Assembly: GCA_041653835.1 (NCBI GenBank)
Contig: JBAZEP010000006.1
Coordinates: 37 to 64,036, forward strand
Direction of reading: 5' to 3'
Length of the DNA: 64,000 bases
Source: Candidatus Omnitrophota bacterium
GTDB taxonomy: Bacteria > Omnitrophota > Gorgyraeia > Gorgyraeales > Gorgyraeaceae
Positions 30,057-39,850 of this stretch are shown here, one piece after another. A program made the position numbers and the translations under genes. Position 1 is the first letter of the stretch, and every line of letters starts with the position of its first letter. The notes under the pieces are model-generated. The model was given only the letters and a program-made list of their open reading frames with translations. It did not search any database and was not told the origin of the DNA.

Positions 30057-30121
30057 CGCTCTTTCCTGAAATTATACCCCAGTATATAGAAAAAAGCAAA
30101 TCTTTCTGATTAAGAGAAAAT

Positions 30122-30143
30122 TGTCTTGACAATTGTCAAGACA
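30122..30143. promoter_or_regulatory. 22-bp perfect palindrome TGTCTTGACAATTGTCAAGACA (operator) overlapping -35 of promoter TTGACA-17-TATACT for HTH regulator
   Basis: Palindrome read directly; tatact at 30149-30154; regulator ATG at 30163 (near-leaderless). Confidence 0.6.
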
Positions 30144-30162
30144 TCGGGTATACTTATTTTAG

Positions 30163-30342
30163 ATGACGGAAAGGGAAATACTTTCTAAGATCGAAGACTA
30201 CATGCGAAAACATAACCTCCGTCAGTGGGAATTCGCGAAAAAGATCGGAATTCCTGATGGCACGCTTAATAGGTGGCTTAGAGGCAGGTCAAATATCTCA
30301 AATGCCTATCTGAAGCTGCTAAAAAAAGAAGGGGTTATATAA
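30163..30342 (+). CDS. Small HTH (XRE/Cro-CI-like) transcriptional regulator, 59 aa
   Basis: MTEREILSKIEDYMRKHNLRQWEFAKKIGIPDGTLNRWLRGRSNISNAYL; below ORF-track size cutoff. Confidence 0.55.
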   Translation: MTEREILSKIEDYMRKHNLRQWEFAKKIGIPDGTLNRWLRGRSNISNAYLKLLKKEGVI

Positions 30343-30362
30343 AAATATTTTTTTATTCAAAA

Positions 30363-30378
30363 TCTTGACAATTGTCAA
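30363..30378. promoter_or_regulatory. Second copy of operator palindrome CTTGACAATTGTCAAG upstream of excisionase-like gene
   Basis: 16-bp perfect palindrome identical to core of 30122..30143. Confidence 0.6.
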
Positions 30379-30404
30379 GCCAGTTGTTCAGTGAGGAGGT
30401 AAAA

Positions 30405-30590
30405 ATGACTTATCTAACACCAAAAGAAATTAGCGTAAAGACAGGTTTGAAGTACTCAACTGTTCTTGAATGGGCTAAAGACGGCATCATCCCTGCCCGG
30501 ATAATACAGAACAGGAAGAAAAGCAAGTATTTCTTTGTGGAAAAAGAGGTTGAGGCAGTAATAGAAAGACATAAAATAGCGGCGTTCTGA
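30405..30590 (+). CDS. xis: Excisionase-like HTH protein (AlpA/Xis family)
   Basis: MTYLTPKEISVKTGLKYSTVLEWAKDGIIPA; stop overlaps integrase ATG. Confidence 0.5.
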   Translation: MTYLTPKEISVKTGLKYSTVLEWAKDGIIPARIIQNRKKSKYFFVEKEVEAVIERHKIAAF

Positions 30591-31681
30591 TGAAAAAAGG
30601 ATATATATTCAAAAGAGGAAACAGCTGGTTTATTGCGCTGCCGGACCCATCTTATGCCTCAGGTTATAGGATTAAAGCTCCCTCCTACAGCACAAGATCC
30701 GCTGCTCAAAAGGCACTTAGAGAAAGAAAAAACGCCATAGGGTCCAGCCAAGCCGGATGGCTTAGCGAAGGCGACACATATTATGCTGATTACATTAAGG
30801 ATTATCTACAATTTGTTTTAACCAATCATAGCCAGGAGACCCTAAAAACATACAAAGGCGTGTTAAAAGATTTTAACCTCTTCCTTCAAGAGAAATACCC
30901 GCGAATGCAGCGCCTTAAGGAATTTTTTATCAGGCTTTTTGAAGAATACAAAATATGGCTTAAAGAAACAGGTCATAAGGACAATACAGTAAATAACCAT
31001 ATTAAGGTATTAAAGACTATATTTAACCAGGCAATAAGGTGGGAATTATTAAAAAAGAACCCTGTAAAGGATGTGCATAATATAGGCGTGGAAGATGAAA
31101 AGCCGATCGTCAGCCTAGATACGCCGGAAAAATTCGAATTATTCTTTGAAAGATGCAAAATTATAAGACCGGAATACTATAATCATTACTACTGCACGGC
31201 AAAACTTGGCCTTAGATGGAAAGAAATGATAAGTCTTGAATGGGATGATGTTGATTTTGAGAATGCAGTTGTAATTATAAGGAAAAAGAAAGGATTTATC
31301 CCGAAAGGCAGGACTCAAAAAGACCGTAAGCCCAAAACCAGGATAATTTCTGCGCCTCAAGATGTTTTGGATATATTAAAATCAATGGAACATAAACATG
31401 GGAAAATATTTCTTAAAGATGACAGCCCAATAAGTCCTAAGGATAAGAGTTTTAGAAGATGGATTATCGCGATAGTCAGGGGGACGCAATTAGAGGGGAT
31501 GTCGCGAATGCATGAATTAAGGCATACCACAGGCCGTATATTAGGACTAACTCACAGCCTTCATGAGATAAAAGAATTTTTGGGCCATACTGATATCAGG
31601 ACTACCGAAAGATATGTACGGGTAGGAGATGCGGCTAAGAAAAGTATGGCTAAAAGCTTAGAACAGTTTGGGAGGAAATAA
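30590..31681 (+). CDS. int: Tyrosine recombinase / phage-type integrase
   Basis: C-terminal HELRHTTGRIL...GHTDIRTTERYVRV catalytic R-H-R-Y motifs. Confidence 0.85.
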   Translation: MKKGYIFKRGNSWFIALPDPSYASGYRIKAPSYSTRSAAQKALRERKNAIGSSQAGWLSEGDTYYADYIKDYLQFVLTNHSQETLKTYKGVLKDFNLFLQEKYPRMQRLKEFFIRLFEEYKIWLKETGHKDNTVNNHIKVLKTIFNQAIRWELLKKNPVKDVHNIGVEDEKPIVSLDTPEKFELFFERCKIIRPEYYNHYYCTAKLGLRWKEMISLEWDDVDFENAVVIIRKKKGFIPKGRTQKDRKPKTRIISAPQDVLDILKSMEHKHGKIFLKDDSPISPKDKSFRRWIIAIVRGTQLEGMSRMHELRHTTGRILGLTHSLHEIKEFLGHTDIRTTERYVRVGDAAKKSMAKSLEQFGRK

Positions 31682-31790
31682 TATGAATTTATTATACATT
31701 TCACTACACAAGCTATATAATAAAAACTGTAACTTATTAAAAATAATGGCGTTGAGGATTAGGGGGAATTTATCCCCGTCGTCCCCGCCA

Positions 31791-33259
31791 ATATACCTAA
31801 GATACTCAAGTTTTGCATGTTTTAGGTATTTTTTTATGCTTTTTCACTCTTACCGCAGCACACTTTGAAGTCTAAAAATGCCAGATTTTAGGGTAAAAAA
31901 CAATATCGTAATGTCGGTTTGTTCTTTATTTGTCGCCCTATTAATTATAGAAATAGTTATTTTTAATTTTTCAAGTCTTTCCAAGGATGAGAAAAAAGTT
32001 TGGACAACAACGAGCAAAGGCTATGGAAATTGTTATTCATCCGATACAAAAGGCTATTTTCCGATATCTTTAAGAATATCGAAAGATAGAGAAGTCTTTC
32101 GAAAAATTCTGCTTAGTCCCACCATAGAATATCTTGTTGATAAAACCCCTTATTGCATTGTTTATGATGGACAAAAAAGGAGAGAGGGATTTTTTGCTGA
32201 CAGAGAACGTGAGGTGGCTATAGTAGGAGATTCTTTTGTTTTCGGAGAGGGAGTCAAAGAAGAAGATACATTAGGGTATTTACTGGGGTTAAAATTCACC
32301 AAAGCCAATTTCAAAAACTATGGGAGCACGGGGCTAATATCGAGTCACTCTTTACGCTCACCTTAGATATGTTTGAATGGGAAAAAGATATAGATGCAGT
32401 AGTCTATTTTTATAATCTCAACGATATATTAGTATGTCCTGAGATTGAAAGCCGGAGAAAATATATAATAGATTTTCAGAATATTAAATTGGAAAACGTT
32501 AAAAGATCGCGCAACTCCATAACAAAGTTATTATCAAAAAGCAATATCTACCGCTTGATAGAAAACTTGCTTATCCTTAGCAGAGAAACTCATTTGACAG
32601 TTGAAAATTATTTAGATATGTATTTTAATCCTATAAACTCAGATGAATTTGAAAAGACAATAGGATTTTTAGTGTCTATGAGTAATGTGGCAAAAGAAAG
32701 AAACGTTAATTTTTATGTTGTCATTTACCCTCTTTTATATAAAGATATCTATGGAAGATATTCGTTCCTTCAGGTTCACGAGCTCCTAAAAAATATCTGT
32801 GAGAAGCATAACATTCCCTGTATAGATGCTTATCCTGCTTTTGCAAACAGGTACTCTTTAAAGAAATTTACAGTTCATCCGATAGATTATCATCCGAACC
32901 GGATCGCTAATGAGAGAGTGGTTGAGTATTTGTCAAAAAAGGATGATTTCTTACAAGGTTACAAATAATCTTAAGAGTCTCCAAAAGTCCTTAAAATCCC
33001 GATAGTTGGTTACCCTCAGTTTTTATACTTGCGTAGTTATTTTGGATCAAATTTTGAGATTTTGTGTGCCAGATTTGTGCCAAGAATTAATAGGTTGGCA
33101 ATTTATTGAAGATAGAACAGAGAGAGGGTGCGAAAGAACAATATACCCAAGATATATCATATAGCACATTTTTAGCACACTTCAGATCTTGACTTATATA
33201 ACCCATGTATTTATAATGTACTAGGGATATGGGGAATGGTTCCCTGTCCGTCCCCGCCA
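31791..33259 (+). mobile_element. Remnant island 2 (older tandem insertion) ending in degenerate tRNA-Asp 3'-half copy
   Basis: 33225..33259 gggatatggggaatggttccctgtccgtccccgcca resembles tRNA-Asp T-arm+acceptor with last 10 nt identical. Confidence 0.4.
31878..32968 (+). pseudogene. SGNH/GDSL hydrolase disrupted by a frameshift near 32330-32366 (ORFs 31878..32366 and 32369..32968)
   Basis: Block I VAIVGDSFVFGEG in first ORF; block III YFYNLND and block V DYHPN in second ORF; frames differ by 1. Confidence 0.5.
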
Positions 33260-33268
33260 TAAACTTAC

Positions 33269-33302
33269 AAGCCATAATCTGATAAAGATTATGGCTTTTT
33301 TG
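33269..33302 (+). terminator. Intrinsic terminator aagccataatc-loop-gattatggctt + TTTTTT (likely native tRNA-Asp terminator)
   Basis: 11-bp stem, T-run. Confidence 0.6.
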
Positions 33303-33307
33303 TTACC

Positions 33308-33336
33308 TTGAAATAGCCTGTTTTATATGGTATAAT
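33308..33336 (+). promoter_or_regulatory. Promoter TTGAAA-17-TATAAT
   Basis: Sequence read directly. Confidence 0.5.
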
Positions 33337-33405
33337 TATATAAATATCGGATATTTGAACCATATAGCCTTAATAAAAGGACAAGGCTATTTTTTTGGAC
33401 TAATT

Positions 33406-34815
33406 ATGACGAAGATTAAAAAAGTATTAATCCTGATCCTGGTGGCCCTTTTTATTTCTACCAATATCTTGGCAGAAGACAAGGGTTTACCGCCTTCATC
33501 AGAGGCTTTTTTACGTATTCCTCTGGGGACAGCCCAGGTTTCAGACCGTTTCCAAAGGATACTCGAGCTAAGAGCTAAACATACAGATGTCATAAAAGAA
33601 AATATAGGGCGGCTTGAAAAAGAACTCAGTAAATTATACATAGACCTGGAAAAAGTTTTTTCAAAGGCGCTTATGCCGCTCGAAAAAGGCGAAATCGGCA
33701 TAGAAAATATCCGGAAGAGGTTCGGTATCAAAAATACACAAAATATGTATAATACTATAACAAGGATAAGAAAAAGGGAAATTAAACTCTCGATTTTAAA
33801 AAATGACAGGGATTCATTTCTCAATTTAAATTCTCACGGAGAGGGATATCCGGCAGCTGATCTGAGCGTGAATATTGAGCAGTGTTTTTCCAGGGCGGCC
33901 AATAAGATAGGCCTAACCGCATCTCTTTATAGGCATTATGATAACCGGACAGGGAGTATTGCACATAGTTATCTTATCCTGTCCGCAGACAATAAAGCTA
34001 TATCTATAGATTTCGCCGCAGGCCGGTTTATCCCTGAAAACGCGAAACAGGTTGTTGTCGAAGAATTTTCCGCATACCGGGATAAAATACAGCAGGCCAT
34101 AGATAACGCGTACTCCGCAGAACGATACGCGGATGATATGGAAAAAATAGAAAGCGGCAAGGAAGATTTTTTAAATAAAACCGAAGACAATATAAACATC
34201 GCGGCGGAAACCTCGGATGTCTCCGTGGAAATGGCATCTTTTTCCGATTATTCACGCCTGGTAAAGGAGTTGTATGATATCCCGGAGCGGGAACAAGAGG
34301 ACGCCGATTCCACGGTATATCTTAGCGATATGACAAAAGATATAGAGATGGATATCTATAAAAAAGAAACTGAAAAGGTTTTACTGTCTGTTTTTGTCGC
34401 GAGGGGCGTATCCGGTAAAATACTGGGAATAAGGGTGCTAGATAAACCGCACTATGTTCCGGAATTTGGGATAAAAGTGGTGTTCGGGGAAGACTTTGTA
34501 TTAAAAAAATACAGAGAACTGGGGGTAGGCACCAAGCTTAGAATGGCGGCGTTGGCCTATCTGATAGAAAACAAGTACGAAGCTTATGAGGTGGGCGTAA
34601 AAGAAAATAATGCAGCCAGTTATAATAATTTCATAAGTATATGCAATAGCCTCGGGATCCCCAGAAAAAATATTGTACCGGTTACGCATAAATTATATCC
34701 GGAAAGCGTAGGCAGCTTTAAGCATTATCTTCTATTGTTGAAACCCGGAGAAGATCTTTTCGAAAAGCTGCATGATAACGTGATCGCTGCCAGGGGAATA
34801 AAAACCAATATTTAA
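33406..34815 (+). CDS. Secreted protein with C-terminal GNAT-like region
   Basis: Signal peptide MTKIKKVLILILVALFISTNILA; C-terminal ...RELGVGTKLRMAALAYL... resembling acetyltransferase motif A. Confidence 0.4.
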   Translation: MTKIKKVLILILVALFISTNILAEDKGLPPSSEAFLRIPLGTAQVSDRFQRILELRAKHTDVIKENIGRLEKELSKLYIDLEKVFSKALMPLEKGEIGIENIRKRFGIKNTQNMYNTITRIRKREIKLSILKNDRDSFLNLNSHGEGYPAADLSVNIEQCFSRAANKIGLTASLYRHYDNRTGSIAHSYLILSADNKAISIDFAAGRFIPENAKQVVVEEFSAYRDKIQQAIDNAYSAERYADDMEKIESGKEDFLNKTEDNINIAAETSDVSVEMASFSDYSRLVKELYDIPEREQEDADSTVYLSDMTKDIEMDIYKKETEKVLLSVFVARGVSGKILGIRVLDKPHYVPEFGIKVVFGEDFVLKKYRELGVGTKLRMAALAYLIENKYEAYEVGVKENNAASYNNFISICNSLGIPRKNIVPVTHKLYPESVGSFKHYLLLLKPGEDLFEKLHDNVIAARGIKTNI

Positions 34816-34864
34816 AGATGCGCGCGTCTTATGGCATTAAAGAACGCCGCGATAGTAAATTCTT

Positions 34865-36865
34865 ATGAAGATCAAAATAAACCATAATTCCATGAAGACA
34901 TTATTAATAGCAGGTTTTATATCGATTTTTTCCTGCGCTTATCCGTGTTTTGCGCCTGCCGAGGAAAATCTCAGAGTGCCGATCAACAGTTATGATAGGA
35001 TAACCAAAATCTTCGAGCGTTTCAGCGAGGCAGATCGGTTAAAAATGGAAGCGGAACTATCTATGTTATCTCAGGATTGGGCAGGATTCAATGAGATAGT
35101 AAAAAGGCTTAAGGCCATGGATAATATTGAAGTTTTTGTCGCGGCAGGTCCGGAAATGAAAGAAAAAGATATTGCTGTGGACATTATCTTATCTTCACTG
35201 GTCAAACAGGACAGATTGACAGAATATCTGTCCAAAATAAATTTTGAGCACACTAATGACGAGCGCGCGTTTTTAGAGCATACTTTAGATAATATTTATC
35301 AGCATGTCAAAGAAGGGGTAGGCCTGATCATAAAACAAAAAATAGTTTTAGATACGGGCGACATGTATTCGGAAATATCGGTTATTGATAATGGCCCGGG
35401 CTTTATAGATAGAAGCGGCAACCGGGTATCAATAGAAACAGCGCTTGAATTGGAAAAGAGCCCGGGCAAAGGAGGAAGAGAAGGCCTTGGCTTACCAGCC
35501 GCAACAAAATTTTATACAGATTTTTCCACGATTCACATACCGGGCAGCAGCCAGCTTTCCAATGGATCATGGAAGAGCTCGAACAAGAAATCTTTCGGCA
35601 CGACTATCACGGGATATTTCCTGATAAATACGGTAAGATGGGAAGCTGTTAAGAAGGATATAATAAAAAGAGCTGTTTTGTATGTGGAGGATATGGAACT
35701 CGCGTCAGCCATAGAGAATACATCGCCTCCGGATACGGATATTCGAAAGGTATATGATTTTATTGCCGCTAGATTTGGACAACAGCGCGATGAAGCGCTG
35801 TCTATGATGGGAAGGCATCTGTTGGATCCGGCAAGATGGGAACTTATCGATGAGGCATTGGACCGCAAACTTTCCATAACTTCGATAGCCGATCTGCTTT
35901 ATTACAAAGCTCTGGACGGAGAAGTTCGGATGGAGACGTTCCCTGCCTGGTTCAGGGAACTTGTTTTGACGCAAAGCGGGTTTAGCAGTACAGGTATGCA
36001 CCGGCATGTGGTGGATATATTGTGGTCGGTTTACTATAGGCAAAAACATCTGGACCTGGCCTCGGGATCGCCGTTACTCGACAAACTTGTTAAGATAACA
36101 GAGCAGGACCGAATGTCGGGAGAAATATTAGGCGCGATCCAGGGGAAGATGCCGGATTATTCAGCCCGTGATATTACAAAATTTATTGTTTCAAAGCTTA
36201 GAGATATCAATGTAGTGGATTCCGCGTATAATTTCGGGGGCATTAATAGGTTATTAAGGGATGATATAGTTGTAGAAGAGGAATCTGCCGGAGGCGCTCC
36301 GCTTAGACTGAATAATTTAAGATTAAAGCATGAATTGAAAAAATCTCAATTAGCGTTTACCAGCGCCGATCTTGGTTCCCGAAAAGAAGGTTTTTATGTA
36401 TGGTTGACAGATATGCCGTTATGCCGTGAATTATCGCAATATATTAGAACTAAATATGGGTCCAAAGGACCGGTGCTTTTGAGTTCAGTGGAATTTGAAC
36501 TTATTAGCGGGGACGGCACGGCTCAGGTGGATATGCTGCAGGGATGGCTTCGTATTGACAGCAGGTTCCCTAAAGGTATCCGGGAAAAAATAGGTCCTGT
36601 AAGTTCTGCTGAAGAGATAAGCGCGGAGGCCTTCTACGCTTATGCCGTACAACGCGGTTTCAACAGGATCCGCGCGCCAGCCGGCAGTCAACTATTCGCG
36701 AGCGACACTGAACTCCCTATGCATAGAAACACTATAGAACGCCTTAATAATTTATACCGCAGGCTGGGATATAAATTGATATGTGAAAAAGATAAATGGT
36801 GGTGGGAACTTGAAATGCCTTACAATAAGTACGCAGGTTTGGATAGCAGAAGGACTGATTTATAA
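34865..36865 (+). CDS. Secreted protein with GHKL (HATPase_c-like) ATPase domain
   Basis: Signal peptide; N box EHTLDNIYQH, G1 VIDNGPGF, G2 GKGGREGLGL, G3 GTTITG; no HisKA or receiver seen. Confidence 0.45.
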   Translation: MKIKINHNSMKTLLIAGFISIFSCAYPCFAPAEENLRVPINSYDRITKIFERFSEADRLKMEAELSMLSQDWAGFNEIVKRLKAMDNIEVFVAAGPEMKEKDIAVDIILSSLVKQDRLTEYLSKINFEHTNDERAFLEHTLDNIYQHVKEGVGLIIKQKIVLDTGDMYSEISVIDNGPGFIDRSGNRVSIETALELEKSPGKGGREGLGLPAATKFYTDFSTIHIPGSSQLSNGSWKSSNKKSFGTTITGYFLINTVRWEAVKKDIIKRAVLYVEDMELASAIENTSPPDTDIRKVYDFIAARFGQQRDEALSMMGRHLLDPARWELIDEALDRKLSITSIADLLYYKALDGEVRMETFPAWFRELVLTQSGFSSTGMHRHVVDILWSVYYRQKHLDLASGSPLLDKLVKITEQDRMSGEILGAIQGKMPDYSARDITKFIVSKLRDINVVDSAYNFGGINRLLRDDIVVEEESAGGAPLRLNNLRLKHELKKSQLAFTSADLGSRKEGFYVWLTDMPLCRELSQYIRTKYGSKGPVLLSSVEFELISGDGTAQVDMLQGWLRIDSRFPKGIREKIGPVSSAEEISAEAFYAYAVQRGFNRIRAPAGSQLFASDTELPMHRNTIERLNNLYRRLGYKLICEKDKWWWELEMPYNKYAGLDSRRTDL

Positions 36866-36875
36866 TTAATCCCGG

Positions 36876-37679
36876 CTATTTCATTTTTTTAGATTTACGG
36901 ATTAAGACGTGCGTCGAACCGATGTCTGTCTCCAGGCCCTCATATTGGAGCCAGTCATAGGGCTCCTGGGCGGTGAACCATATAAAGGTAGGGGGTACCA
37001 TGGATTTAGCTATGCCGGTCAGGAGGCCCAGATCAGGTATGAGCCTCAATTTTATCGCTTCTATCTTTCCACCGGCTAGTTCCAGCGTTTCAACGCCCAT
37101 ATCCCGGACATTAACCCTGTATAAATGCGCCCTATCCGATATCAGATAGAAAGCCCTGTATTCTTTTTCGTTTCGATGAGCGGCGAATGTCTTTAAAAAA
37201 TGTATCAGGGTGGGGCCGTCAACAGTCTTGCCTTTTATTGGAAATACGGCTTTTTTAATAATATCTCCTCCGGTATCGAGGATAATGTATTGTATCCTCC
37301 GCCCGCTATAATCAAAAGTTTTTTCATGCTTTACGATCAAATCGCCGTTTTTGTCTTTAATTGAATTAGAGCTGTAGATGGGATAAAGAAATCCATCCCG
37401 CTCTTCCATCTCAGCCTCCATATCAAAAGTTACATCTTCGTATTCGTCATAATCGCCTTTGCCGTTAGCCGTGTATTTATATATCACGCGATTATCCCGC
37501 AATATGCGTTCGGTGAAAAAAGATGACGCTGAACGCCGTTCCGAAGTCTTTTTATCAAAATAAATAACTTCGCCGTTTTCGTGTTCAGGCATAAATGCCC
37601 TTGATATCTCCGCCGCGGATACCCACACGGGCATAAATAAAAGGCATAAGATTAAAACTTTCTTAAAAAGCGCGTTCAT
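36876..37679 (-). CDS. Secreted hypothetical protein (267 aa)
   Basis: Signal peptide MNALFKKVLILCLLFMPVWVSAAE. Confidence 0.5.
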   Translation of the reverse strand: MNALFKKVLILCLLFMPVWVSAAEISRAFMPEHENGEVIYFDKKTSERRSASSFFTERILRDNRVIYKYTANGKGDYDEYEDVTFDMEAEMEERDGFLYPIYSSNSIKDKNGDLIVKHEKTFDYSGRRIQYIILDTGGDIIKKAVFPIKGKTVDGPTLIHFLKTFAAHRNEKEYRAFYLISDRAHLYRVNVRDMGVETLELAGGKIEAIKLRLIPDLGLLTGIAKSMVPPTFIWFTAQEPYDWLQYEGLETDIGSTHVLIRKSKKMK

Positions 37680-37769
37680 ATTTTTATTATATAGCTTTGC
37701 ATGATATTTGTAAAGTTGTAGAAACTATATTAAAAAATGTTATAATGTATCACAGAAAAGAGGTGAGAG

Positions 37770-38264
37770 ATGGCTGATTTTTCGTTTGATATTACTTCGA
37801 AGGTGGATCTTCAGGAGATAGACAATGCCGTGAACCAGGCGAAGAAGGAACTTGCCAACAGGTATGATTTCAGGGGCGCGAAATTTTCCATAGATTATAA
37901 CAGGGAAGAAAAAAAGATAACGCTGGTCGCGGGAGATGATTTTAAACTCCGCGGTATCCGGGACTCGCTCGGCATGAGATTATCTAAAAGGGGCATCTCG
38001 CTCAAATCCATCAAATACCTGGAACCTGAAAAGGCTTTCGAGGGCAATCTCCGACAGACAGTGGAGATCACGGACGGCATACCAAAAGAGAGGGCAAGAG
38101 AGCTGGTGCAGATAATCAAAGACCTGAAGCTGAAGGTCCAGGCAAGGATCGAGGAAGATAAGATAAGGGTCAGCGGAGCTAAAAAAGATGATCTCCAAAC
38201 GGTTATGACGCATTTAAGAGGTATAGATTTCCCTGTATATTTACAATTTGGTAATTACAGGTAA
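37770..38264 (+). CDS. yajQ: YajQ family nucleotide-binding protein (UPF0234)
   Basis: MADFSFDITSKVDLQEIDNAVNQAKKELANRYDFRG. Confidence 0.75.
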   Translation: MADFSFDITSKVDLQEIDNAVNQAKKELANRYDFRGAKFSIDYNREEKKITLVAGDDFKLRGIRDSLGMRLSKRGISLKSIKYLEPEKAFEGNLRQTVEITDGIPKERARELVQIIKDLKLKVQARIEEDKIRVSGAKKDDLQTVMTHLRGIDFPVYLQFGNYR

Positions 38265-38285
38265 TAGAATAAAGGAGATTGCTGG

Positions 38286-38726
38286 ATGAAATATACAAAG
38301 GGCAGGCTCGGCAGGGTATTTTTGATCAAATTCAGCGATAAGGATATTTTTCTTAAAGAAATAGAAAAAATCGCGAAAAAAGAAAAGATAAAAGCCGCCG
38401 CCATGATTTTCCTGGGGGCGTTGAGAGAAGGGGATCTGGTAACAGGGCCCAAGAAGACAGTGATACCGCCTGAGCCGAACTGGGTAAAATTCAGGGACGG
38501 CTGGGAGGTATTCGGGATAGGCACAATATTTACAAATAAAAAAGGGCCGCAGATACATATCCACGCGAGTTTGGGGAAGAAGAAAAAGGTTTTCACAGGT
38601 TGTGTGCGCGGGGATTCGAAGGTTTTTCTTGTGATCGAGGCGATTGTGTTGGAGCTGAAAGGCGTGAAGGCGTCAAAAGACATAGATCCCGCCACAGGCC
38701 TCAACCTGCTCCGGATATATTCTTGA
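38286..38726 (+). CDS. PPC-domain (DUF296) predicted DNA-binding protein
   Basis: GRLGRVFLIKFSDKDIFLKEIEK... pattern. Confidence 0.5.
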   Translation: MKYTKGRLGRVFLIKFSDKDIFLKEIEKIAKKEKIKAAAMIFLGALREGDLVTGPKKTVIPPEPNWVKFRDGWEVFGIGTIFTNKKGPQIHIHASLGKKKKVFTGCVRGDSKVFLVIEAIVLELKGVKASKDIDPATGLNLLRIYS

Positions 38727-38765
38727 CGTTGGCGGAAAAGCGCGTTTATGGTATAATACGGTTAA

Positions 38766-39848
38766 ATGATGAAAGAATATTCAAGAAAAAAACTGAATAA
38801 ATCAGGAGCGATCCTCAAAAAAAAGATATTATCTTTGCCTGTGGAGCCTGTAAAAATAGAGCCTGGCTCCAGGATATCAAGCCTCGTAGGCAGTTTCAAA
38901 AACAGCTCCATACAGGCCAGGAATATTTATCAATGCGCGAATGTATTCAGGAAAATGCTTGTGGACAAGAAACAGCCTACCATATACCTGGGCCTGGCAG
39001 GGCCGCTTATAGCAGCCGGCCTCAGGGATATTATAAGGAATATGATAAAGTTCAGGATGGTGGACGTGGTTGTTTCCACCGGAGCGATAATATACCAGGA
39101 CATATACCAGGCAAGAGGTTATAAGCATTATGTGGGTAATCCCGACGCGGATGACAGGGTATTGGATAAACTATATATAGACAGGATATATGATACATAT
39201 GTGGACGATGAAAAGTTCTGGGATACGGATAACTGGATAGGACGCGTCGCGGATACCATGGAACCTGGCAATTATTCTTCCAGGGAGTTTGTAGCCGGGC
39301 TCGGTTCGCGCTTAAGCGACGAAAATTCCATTGTACGGACCGCTTATAAGTACGGCGTGCCTGTTTTCGTGCCTGCCCTGAACGACAGTTCGATAGGTAT
39401 CGGCCTTACCGGGCATTACCACAGGTGCAAAGAAAATAAATTACCGGGCGTGCATATCGATTCCATACAGGATAATTACGAGATAACGCAGACCATAGTG
39501 CGCTCGAAAAAGACAGCGGCCATATATATCGCGGGCGGGGTCCCGAAGAATTACATAAATGACGCCGTCGTTATGGGGTATATTTTCAATAAAGATACGG
39601 GCGGGCATTCATACGCCTTCCAGCTTACCGTGGATGTGCCTCACTGGGGAGGACTGAGCGGCAGTACCTTAAAAGAGGCCACGTCATGGGGCAAGATCAA
39701 CAACGACGCCGATTACGCCATGGCATTCGTGGAACCGAGCGTAAGCATGCCGCTTGTTTATTCATACGCGTTCCAGGAAAAGTTCTACAAGGCCCGCAGG
39801 AGAAAAAAATTCAACTGGAATAAGGATATCCTCGAAAGCATTAGATAA
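38766..39848 (+). CDS. Deoxyhypusine synthase-like protein (possible homospermidine synthase)
   Basis: AGPLIAAGLRDIIRNMIKFRMVDVVVSTGA DHS family. Confidence 0.8.
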   Translation: MMKEYSRKKLNKSGAILKKKILSLPVEPVKIEPGSRISSLVGSFKNSSIQARNIYQCANVFRKMLVDKKQPTIYLGLAGPLIAAGLRDIIRNMIKFRMVDVVVSTGAIIYQDIYQARGYKHYVGNPDADDRVLDKLYIDRIYDTYVDDEKFWDTDNWIGRVADTMEPGNYSSREFVAGLGSRLSDENSIVRTAYKYGVPVFVPALNDSSIGIGLTGHYHRCKENKLPGVHIDSIQDNYEITQTIVRSKKTAAIYIAGGVPKNYINDAVVMGYIFNKDTGGHSYAFQLTVDVPHWGGLSGSTLKEATSWGKINNDADYAMAFVEPSVSMPLVYSYAFQEKFYKARRRKKFNWNKDILESIR

Positions 39849-39850
39849 AA

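Larger units (their letters stand above)
26590..31790 (+). mobile_element. Integrative island 1 (~5.2 kb) inserted at tRNA-Asp 3' end, bounded by 17-bp direct repeats CCCCGTCGTCCCCGCCA (26573..26589 and 31774..31790)
   Basis: Exact repeat of tRNA 3' end next to tyrosine integrase; AT-rich cargo; xis/int/repressor module. Confidence 0.75.

Noticed and set aside
31668-31868. 66-aa ORF spanning attR
   Set aside because: It overlaps the integrase stop and the att repeat. It is better explained as non-coding junction sequence.
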